Notes under the pieces: generated by a model | What the model saw: only the letters and a program-made list of their open reading frames with translations | Database searches by the model: none | Told to the model about the DNA's origin: nothing | From: an uncultured Chloroflexia bacterium | GTDB lineage: Bacteria > Chloroflexota > Limnocylindria > Limnocylindrales > CSP1-4 | Assembly (NCBI GenBank): GCA_963832105.1 | Contig: CAWHSS010000003.1 | Location: 813,615 to 877,614, forward strand | DNA: 64,000 bases | Direction of reading: 5' to 3' | Made by a program: the position numbers and the translations under genes | Shown here: piece by piece, positions 55,877 to 64,000 of the stretch | How positions within the stretch are numbered: the first letter of the stretch is position 1 | Layout of the letters: every line of letters begins with the position of its first letter

Positions 55877-56763
55877 ATGGCATCTGCCGGCAGGCTTGCC
55901 GCGTTCGATACTCCGAACGTCCGCCGCGTCCTCGCCGGCGCGGCCGTCCTCGGGCTCGCACTCGGCATCCAGACGCTCGTCCTCCACCTGTCGACCGATC
56001 CCCTCGCCGACGTCCACGCCTACTACGACGCCGGGGCCAGGCTGAACGCCGGCTTGCCGCTCTACGACCAGCCGGCGACGACCAACGACAACGAGTTCTA
56101 TCGCTACCCACCGCTGCTCGCGATCGCGTTCCGGCCACTTGCCCTGCTTCCGTTCGAGGTCGCGGCCGCGATCTGGGAGGCGTTCCTCGTCGCCTGCCTC
56201 GCGCTCACGATCGTCCGGCTCGGCGCTGAATCGCCGGACATGGATCGTCCTCGGGATGCTCGCCCTGCCGATCTTGTGGAGCCTCGCGATCGGCCAGGCG
56301 CAGGTCGTCGTCACGCTGCTCATGGCCCTCGGGCGCGCCGTGGGCCATCGCGCTCGCCGCGCATCTCAAGATCTTTCCGGCGCTCGCCGCGATCTGGTGG
56401 CTCGGCCGGCGCGACGTCCGCTCGTTCGGGCTGTTCGTCGCCTGGCTGGCTGGGATCGGCCTCCTGCAGCTCGTCCTCGAGCCGGCTGGGACGCTGGCGT
56501 TTCCGGCGACGCTCGGGCTGGAGCAGGTCGGCAACGTCGAGAATCGGTCGCTCTATGCGTATTCGCCGATCGCGTGGGCCGTGGCGGTCGTGGCGGGCAT
56601 CATCGTGGCCTGGCGCCTGGCCCCGACGCGCTACGGCTGGGTGGCGGCGGTGGCGCTGTCCGTCCTGGCGACGCCGCGGCTGCTGATCTACCAGCTCTCG
56701 ACGCTCGTGGCCGCGCTCCGAGAGCCACGATCCGAGGCTCCGTCCGGGGAGCGGGCTTCGTGA
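55877..56763 (+). CDS. GT87/DUF2029-like glycosyltransferase (frameshifted)
   Basis: DVHAYYDAGARLNAGLPLY, FYRYPPLLA, W..AIGQAQ, ..KIFPAL. Confidence 0.78.
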
Positions 56764-56768
56764 GCGAG

Positions 56769-57965
56769 ATGAGCGAGCGACCCGCGAGGCGGCGACCGAA
56801 CCCCGTCTGGCTCGGGCTGGGGATCGTCGGCTGGGCCGGGCTGGCCTGGTTGGCGGTGCAGATGTACTCGACGACGCCGCGGAGCGCGGCGTTCGATCTC
56901 GAGCTGCTGCTCCAGGCCGGACGCGACGTCGCTGCGGGGCGGTCGCCGTACGACCCGGCGATGGTCGCCGGCGGCGTCCCCGGCGCGGCCGACCTCTTCT
57001 ACTCCTACCCGCCGCCGGTCGCCCAGGCGTTCAGCCTGTTCGCGGCGGTGCCGTCGGCCGCGATGTTCGCCGCGCTCTGGATCCTCGCCATCGCCGGCCT
57101 CGCGGTCGCGCGCCGCCATCGTGAGCCGCAACCTCGATCCGGGGCGGCCGAGTCGCCGCGATCGTCGTTCCGACGCTGGCCGTCGCGCCGCTCTTCCTGC
57201 CATTCGGGATCGCCCTGCTCTTCGGCAATCTCGACGCGCTCTTTCCGTTGGCTTATGCGCTCGTGCTCGTGGCGGCCGTCGTCCCGTCGCCTCGGTCGAG
57301 CGTCGCCGGCGGCATCGCCCTGGGTTTGGCAACGGTGGCGAAGGTCCACCCGGCGGGCCTCGGGCCGTGGTTCGTGGGCCGCCTCGTGCGCGATCGTCAG
57401 GAGGGCCAGGCGGCGGCCTCGTTGCGGCTGATCCTCGCGGCCGTTGCGACTGGCGGTGCCGTCCTCGTCCTCAGCCTGCTGGCCGGCGGCGCAGACCTGT
57501 GGCGCGACTATGTGCCCGTCGCGGGGGCGGCGAGCAATGCCCGCCTCCTCGATCCGCGCAACGCCGGTCCGGCCGCGCAGCTCGCGATGCTCCTCGGCGG
57601 CGACGAAGGGCTCGTACGGGCCCTCCACGTGCCGGTGGCCCTGGCGGCGCTCCTGGCGTCGCTGTGGGCCGGCTGGGCGGTCAGGGACCGGCTGGCGGGG
57701 ATCGCCATTGCGGCGATCGCGTCGCTCGTGCTCCTGCCGGTCACCTGGTACCACTACCCGACGGCGCTCATCCCGTTCGCCATCGCGGCGGTCGTCCGGG
57801 CACGGGGGAGCGCGGCAGCTCAGCGGACGACGCGCTGATCGCCGCCGCGGCCGTCGTGGCGACGCTCTCGATCGCGTGGATCCCGGGGATGTGGCTCGCC
57901 GTTGGGCTTGGGATTGGCGGGCGTCGTCGCGAGCGGCCGCACGAGCGACAGCCGGAGCGCCGTAG
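56769..57965 (+). CDS. GT87/DUF2029-like glycosyltransferase (frameshifted; end approximate)
   Basis: FDLELLLQAGRDVAAGRSPY, FYSYPPPVA, LLFGNLDA, AKVHPAG, PVTWYHY. Confidence 0.75.
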
Positions 57966-57978
57966 CCCCGAAACGGAA

Positions 57979-58009
57979 AGCGCCGGTGGCCGCAATGGCC
58001 ACCGGCGCT
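57979..58009. terminator. Bidirectional terminator hairpin between convergent genes
   Basis: 13-bp perfect stem AGCGCCGGTGGCC-GCAAT-GGCCACCGGCGCT. Confidence 0.75.
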
Positions 58010-58029
58010 CATTTCCTGCCCGCGAAGCG

Positions 58030-61000
58030 TCAGGGTGCGAAGTAACCGGTGATGTCGAGGATGAGGTGGGTCGTCTTGCCGGACGAGGCCTTGTAGACGA
58101 GCCCAACGCTGCCGCCCGCGGTGAGCGGACCGGTGACGCCGTTCGCCCGGACATCCCCGACGGGGAAGTTCAGGGTCGAGGTGTCAGGGGTGTTGTCCAA
58201 CGCCTTGCGTCATCGAGACGTAGCCGTCGTCGGTCTGGCCGACGACCGTGAGGTTGCCGGTGATGCCGTCGGCGGCCGTCGGGACGCCGACGTGGCCCTC
58301 GATCTGGAGGGCTCGCGCGATGTCCGTCTTGAACGTGCCGCTCAGGCCCGTGCCGAAGCGCGAGTCGAGTACGCGGCCCGGCGCAAGCGGGTAGAACTTC
58401 GAGCCCGTCAGATTCTGGACGTAGTAGCCCGTCACGTCGAAGAGCAGGTGGGTGGTCTTGCCGGGTGCCGCGATGTAGATCGCATCGAGGTGACCGACGT
58501 CGTTGGTGGAGTTGAGTCGGACGGTGATCCCGTTCGCCCTCGTGTCGGCAAGCGGGAAGTTGATCGTGGAGGTCTCAGGGTTGTCGGCGAGGTCCGGCCC
58601 CAGGGTCACGTAGCCGCCGCCGTTCTGACCGACGACCGTGAGGTTGCCGGTGACCGCCGTCGCGTTGGCGGGGACGCCGCCACGGCCGGCGACGTCGAAG
58701 TCGCGGACAACGTGGGAGGTGAACTTGCCGCTGAGCCCGTTGGCGAACCGGGTGTCGAGCAGGCGCGCTGGCGTGATCGCTTCGAACGTCGCGCCGGTGT
58801 TGTTCTCCAGGAAGTAGCCGGTGACATCGAGGAGGACGTGCGTCTTCTTCCCGGCGCCCGCCCGGTACACGATGCTCAGCTTGCCGTCATCGGCGAGCGT
58901 GCTCGTGATGTTGTTCGCCCGGACGTCCCCGAGGGGGAAGTTGAGGGCCGAGGTGGACGGGTTGTTGTCTGGATCGGGCGTGACCGACAGGTAGCCCGCC
59001 TGCTGCTGGCCGACGACGGTCAGGTTGGCGGTGATCGCCACCGCGTCGTTCGGGATGCCAAGGCGGCCGGCGATCGTCACCGATCGGGCGATGTTCGCGG
59101 TGAACTGGTTGTTCAGCCCGATGTCGAACCGGGTGTCGAGGAGCCGGACCGGATCGATCGGGACGAACGTGGTCGCGGTCGGCGGTGGCGGTGGCGCCGT
59201 GCCGATATTGAACGTGCGTGTAGTTGGAGGTATTGAGGACGTTGCCGGCCGCATCGAGGGCCTTGATCCGCCAGCAGTAGGTGCCGTCGGCATAGGCCGT
59301 GATCGGTGCCCACGACGTCATGACCGTCGTCTGGTTGTAGAGGATCGTCGCGAACGTGCAGGACGACGCGACCTCGATCCTGTACTGGACCGCTCCCGCG
59401 ACGCCGCCCCACGTGAAGAGGAGCGTGTTCGCGGCGACCGTGGCACCGTTCGCCGGCGCCGTGAGCGTCGGCTTGGCCGACTGAAGGGTGAACGTCCGAC
59501 CGGCCGACCAGGGACCGGGCCTGTTGTCGGCGTCATTGCGTCGGACGCGCCAGGCGTAGTCGCCGGACGGCCAGTGAGGTCGTCGGCGCCCATGCGGAGA
59601 ACTTCGTGGTCGTGCTGAGGACCTTGTTGGCCGGCGAGAACAGCAGGTCGCCGTTCTTGTAGACCTCGATGAGGTAGGTCGCCGCGAACGCCTGCGGAGT
59701 CCACTGGAAGTACGGCACGCCGGCCTGAGTGCTCCCGTTACCGGGGAACGTCAGCGACAGCGCGGGCGAGGCCTTGTTGACGAGCCGCGACGGACTCTTC
59801 GTCAGCGTGTTGCCGCTGCCGTCGATCGCCTGGACCCGCCAGTAGAGCGGACCTTCAGGGTAGGTCTTGCTGAACGGCGTGTAGGTCGTCTGGTCGACGG
59901 TGGCGGTGTCGAAGATCGACACGAAGTCGGAGACCGTCGAGACCTCGATCTTGTAGGACCGGGCCTCCTGATCGACGGCCGGGTTGAGTGCCTGGTTGGT
60001 CGTCAGGTATGGCGTCCAGTTGAACGTGATCTGATCGGGGAACGTCTGACCCACGGTCGGGGTCAGGAGCTCGACTGCCGCCGAATTCTTGCGGAACGCC
60101 GAGGCGTTGTCGTTCGCGTTCGTCTGGGCGCTCGGGCCGCAGCGCGACAGGTTGTAGTCGACGCACGGCCTGACAAACCAGTAGATCGCCTGACCGGCCT
60201 GCTGGTCGAGGAAGGACTCCCGCGGCGTGATGGTCGTGAAGATCGTCTTGTAGCGCTTGATCTCGTTGGTGAACTCGGCGTCGTTGGCGAGCGTGACTTC
60301 GTACGCGCCTGCACCGGCGATGGGCTCCCACTCGATCGTGGGCGTGTCGGCGAGGGTCGTGCACGTCGCGATGAGCGTGCAGCGTGGCGGGCGACGAGTA
60401 GTCAGTCGACCCGAGTTGGAGCGGTGCCGCTCACCGTGAATGTCTGCTCCGCGCTCGTGGCCAACAAGAGGTCGCCCGCATCGAACGCCTCGACCTTGTA
60501 CTTGTACGTGCCGCCAGCCAGTGGCAGGGCACTGTATGTGAACCCGGCGTACTCGAGCTCCGTGCTGCCGCTCAGCGGCGCCACGAAGTAGAAGGCCGCC
60601 TGACGGGCCATAGATGACCTTGTAGTAGGCCGCGCCCGTGTATGGATCCCACGTCATCTTCGGCATCCGGACGCTCGAGGCGCCGTCGGCCGGGCTCGTG
60701 ATGTCGAAGCTCGTGTCGGTCGTGACGGGATCAAGCGAGAAGTGGAACCAGCCGCCGCTCGCCGGCGTGACGCTCGGGTTGCCGAGGCCGTCGATGGTCG
60801 TGACGTACCACTGGAACGGCTCGTCTGCCTCGTCGAGGAGGGCCGGCGGCGTGTACGAGGTTGCGTACGTGACGGCTGTGTGGACGGTCGCCCCACCGGA
60901 GTCCTTGATCGTGATCGCGGTACTGCTCGGACGTTGTCGACAGCCGTCCAGGTGAACGTCGGGGTCTGGACAGTCGCGTTGTTCGCTGGCGTCAGGAGCG

Positions 61001-62341
61001 TCGGCAAATCGCCGATGTAGATGAATCGCCATGTATCGAGGGGCTCGAGCTCGGACCAGATGCCGACGATGTCGCCCGAAGTCATCGATCGCGCGGACCT
61101 TCCAGAAGTACGTCGCGCCGTGGGTCGGGGGTCCCCAGTTGCAGCTGCCCGGTTCCCCGCCGGTGCCACCTGCGAACGCGCATACGGCGTCAGCTTCGTG
61201 CGGTTCGTCAAACAGGTGTCGTAGGAGCCGGGCGAGAAGAACTGGTCGTCACCGATCCACACCTCGTAGTGCGAGGCGAGCGGGACGGGGGTCCACTCGA
61301 GCGTTGGCACCCCGACGAAGGGCGTAGCGCCGCCGTTGTAGAACGGGGCGATCTCGTCTGGGTGCTGGGGCCAGTTGCGGGTGAACTGCCACTCGGTCGA
61401 CCAGCCGCCGTTGTTGGCCGGGCTCTTGGCGTCCTTGGCGCGGACGCGCCAGAAATACGAGCCGTTGTCGAGGTTGACCGGCTTGTTGATATTTCGTGCT
61501 CTTGACGTCGAGATCAACGACAACGTTGTTGTCCCAGTCGCCATTCGGGCTGACCTGGATCTGGTACGTCTTCGCGCCGACGACCGGCGACCAGCTGAAC
61601 GTGATGTCGCGGATCGGCGTGCCGACATCGTCCGCCGGCGTGAGGAGCGTGGGTACGCGTTGGCCAGGCGTAGGTGTACTGGCGCGGGGTCGTCCACTCG
61701 CTGACGACGCCACCCGTCGAGGACGTGGCCCGGAGTCGCCACCAGAACGACTGATTGATCGTCGGCGGTTCCGTCAGGGTGAAGTTCGTGTTGTTCGTCG
61801 TGAAGGTCGTCGGGAGGATGAACTGGTCGTCGCTATCGATTTCCAGCGTGTAGCTCTTGGCGCCGGCGAGCGGCTGCCAGTCGAAGAGGACGGGCTCGGT
61901 CGGGAAGTTGAAGGTGTCCCCGTCGGCTGGCGCATCGATGACAGGCGCGGTGCCCCACTCCTTGGTGAATGAGCCCACCGGCGAGAACGGTCCGATTCCG
62001 GAGCTGCCGTCCGTCCCGGCGACACGCCAGTAGAGGAGGCCCAGCGGCAAGTCGGCCGGCGGGGTGGCCTTCCGGTTGACGGTGTCCACGTTGTAGACGA
62101 GCGGGGTCATGTCAGATTCGGTTGAAATCTGGACGCGATACTTCGCTGCGCCGGTGACGGCGCTCCAGGAGAACACCGGGTTGGACGAGACCGTGTCGCC
62201 TGTGTCTGGATTGAGGAGGGTCGGCGCGCCGGACGGAGCGACGGCTCCGACGGCTGCGGGGAAGAGGCCGGCGAGCATCACGAGCGCGGCAGCTACCGAG
62301 AAGATTCGCGCGCGAGACGAGCGGCTGGAAGCGCTGGGCAC
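58030..62341 (-). CDS. Large secreted/surface protein: signal peptide, about 10 FN3/Ig-like modules, 3 C-terminal PxRLLDTR repeats (many apparent frameshifts)
   Basis: Stitched from ORFs 61514-62503, 61249-61713, 60654-61742, 60402-60611, 59533-61032, 58887-59321 and 58184-59293. Signal peptide RARIFSVAAALVMLAGLFPAAVGA; repeated W..V.GA..Y....YWRV.A; stop TGA at 58030. Confidence 0.75.
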
Positions 62342-62630
62342 GATGAGGGTTCCTCCCCGAGATGCGAGCGGCCGAAACGACCCGGCCAGAAAATGACTCA
62401 GCCCGCTGACGGAGCGGGCGAACCCACTGTAGCCCTCGGCGGTGCAGTTGGTAACCCTCGATACGGACCACGTCCACGTTGGTACTTCCGGGCCATTCGG
62501 CAAGAGGCAACGTTTCCGTAGGGTTAGGGGACGTCTTGCGCATCCGCGCGGTCGGCGTCAGGCTACGCTCGCACCTCGGGTTCCCGGAGGGTGGCTCGGG
62601 GTCAATCAATCATCTGGGGTACGTGCACTC

Positions 62631-62810
62631 ATGGACTTCCTCGCTTACATCGATCCGGGCTCCGGGAGCCTCATCATCCAGGCGGTCATCGCGAGCGTCG
62701 TCGCGATCCCGTTCTTCTTCCGCCAGCAGATCGGGCGACTGCTTCGCACCGTCCGCCGCGGCGAGAGCGACTCGAGCCCCGCGACACCGCCGACCGACCG
62801 GCCTTCCTGA
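62631..62810 (+). CDS. Small single-TM YIDPGSG-motif protein
   Basis: MDFLAYIDPGSGSLIIQAVIASVVAIPFFFRQQIGRLL; 59 aa, directly upstream of the methyltransferase. Confidence 0.75.
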   Translation: MDFLAYIDPGSGSLIIQAVIASVVAIPFFFRQQIGRLLRTVRRGESDSSPATPPTDRPS

Positions 62811-62833
62811 GTCCAGCCTCCTCAGCGCAGCTG

Positions 62834-64000
62834 GTGCCGGCGACAGCCGAGAGCGACCGCGCCCGACGGGACCCGGGCTCATTCCGCGACCCGTCCGGGT
62901 TCGTGTTCTCCCGTGACGGTGTCCTCCTCCGCCAGATCAACGCATCCTTCGCCGCCGACTGGGACGACCTCGTCGCGAGCGGCCTCCTGACGACCCTCCA
63001 GGAGCGCGGGCTCCTCGTTCCCCATGACGTGGCGACGACCGATCTCGCGGCGGCCCCGGAGATGGCCCATGCGGTCATCCGGCCCGAGCGCATCGATTTC
63101 ATCTCGTACCCCTATGAGTGGTCGTTCGGAATGCTCCGGGACGCCGCGCTCCTGACGCTCGAGGCCCAGGCGCTCGCGTTCGAGCGCGGATTCACGCTCC
63201 GCGACGCCACCGCCTACAACGTCCAGTTTCGGCGCGGCCGGCCGATCCTCATCGACACGCTCTCGTTCGAGCGGGCGGAGGAGGGAGCGCCCTGGATCGC
63301 GTATCGCCAGTTCTGTGAGCACTTCCTCGCCCCGCTGGCGCTGATGGCGAACCGCGACGTCCGGTTGGGGCTGATGCTCCGCGACTTCATCGACGGCATT
63401 CCGCTCGACCTCGCCGCGCGGCTGCTTCCCGGCCGGACCCGCTGGAACCTGGGTCTCGGACCGCACATCCACGCCCACGCCCGGGCCCAGGCTCGCTTCG
63501 CCGACCAGGGGGACGAGGCGGCCGCGGCCACGAGGCGAACATCCGTCAGCCCGCTGAAGCAGCGGGCGCTCATCGACAGCCTCCAGCGAACGATCGGCAA
63601 GCTCGACTGGACGCCCGAAGGCACGGAATGGGCCGACTACGCCGAGAACACCTCGTACGGTGACGACGCGACGGTCGTGAAGGACGATCTGGTCCGACGG
63701 TTCCTCGACGCGGCCGGTGGCGACGTCGTCTGGGACATCGGGGCGAACACGGGGCGCTTCAGCCGCATCGCCGCGGATCTGGGGCGCCGCGTCGTCGCCT
63801 GGGACGTCGATCCCGCGGCCACCGAGCGCCACTACCGGCTGATCCGGCGGGACGGCACGGAGTCGATCGTGCCGCTCGTCCTGGACCTCGCCAATCCGAG
63901 CCCGGGCCTGGGCTGGGGCGGCGAGGAGCGGCGGACGCTCGAGGATCGCTCGAACGCCGATGTCGTCCTCGCCCTTGCCCTCATCCACCATCTCGCCATC
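62834..64000 (+). CDS. NoeA-like class I SAM-dependent methyltransferase (3' end runs off the window)
   Basis: Manual translation: GSFRDPSGFVF, ISYPYEWSF.MLRDAALLTL, DATAYNVQF, FCEHFLAPL, WADY, VWDIGANTG, LDLANPSPGLGW, ALALIHHLAI. Confidence 0.85.
   Translation, partial: MPATAESDRARRDPGSFRDPSGFVFSRDGVLLRQINASFAADWDDLVASGLLTTLQERGLLVPHDVATTDLAAAPEMAHAVIRPERIDFISYPYEWSFGMLRDAALLTLEAQALAFERGFTLRDATAYNVQFRRGRPILIDTLSFERAEEGAPWIAYRQFCEHFLAPLALMANRDVRLGLMLRDFIDGIPLDLAARLLPGRTRWNLGLGPHIHAHARAQARFADQGDEAAAATRRTSVSPLKQRALIDSLQRTIGKLDWTPEGTEWADYAENTSYGDDATVVKDDLVRRFLDAAGGDVVWDIGANTGRFSRIAADLGRRVVAWDVDPAATERHYRLIRRDGTESIVPLVLDLANPSPGLGWGGEERRTLEDRSNADVVLALALIHHLAI

Noticed and set aside
62343-62630. 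c-di-AMP (ydaO) or other riboswitch upstream of the surface protein
   Set aside because: CCGTCAGC and GCTGAGTC words occur but in the wrong order, and the conserved GGGG/GAATC elements are missing; only small hairpins are supportable.

Overview
High-GC (about 70% by eye) bacterial chromosomal segment. Gene content best fits a monoderm Chloroflexota, possibly Limnocylindria-like; this is an inference and was not checked by search. Bases 1-33 kb are mostly housekeeping: parA-parB-gyrB with an adjacent parS, mreD-mrdA-rodA, rplU-rpmA-rpmE, an orphan N4/N6 DNA methyltransferase, prfA-(amylo-alpha-1,6-glucosidase)-prmC-HAD-tsaC-glyA-wecA, the F1Fo atp operon, murA and mreB. Bases 33-64 kb are envelope and accessory genes: PHP plus a flippase-like protein, an XRE regulator, an ArnT-like GT, nfo, hpf, an XRE-PD-(D/E)xK fusion, comF, a Tad locus with four tandem Flp pilins, and a DegS-like kinase / DegU-like regulator / degenerate kinase trio. 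These are followed by four more GT-C glycosyltransferases, a roughly 1.4k-aa modular surface protein, a YIDPGSG small protein and a NoeA-like methyltransferase. Dozens of single-base frameshifts, including in essential genes, point to uncorrected long-read errors, so many coordinates span split ORFs. The best candidate for a new system is the signalling trio directly upstream of the pilin array: a soluble kinase, a His-retaining but apparently ATP-blind pseudokinase, and an atypical response regulator with an N-terminal YxGPxRR motif resembling a c-di-GMP-binding motif. No rRNA, tRNA, CRISPR array or transposase was recognised.
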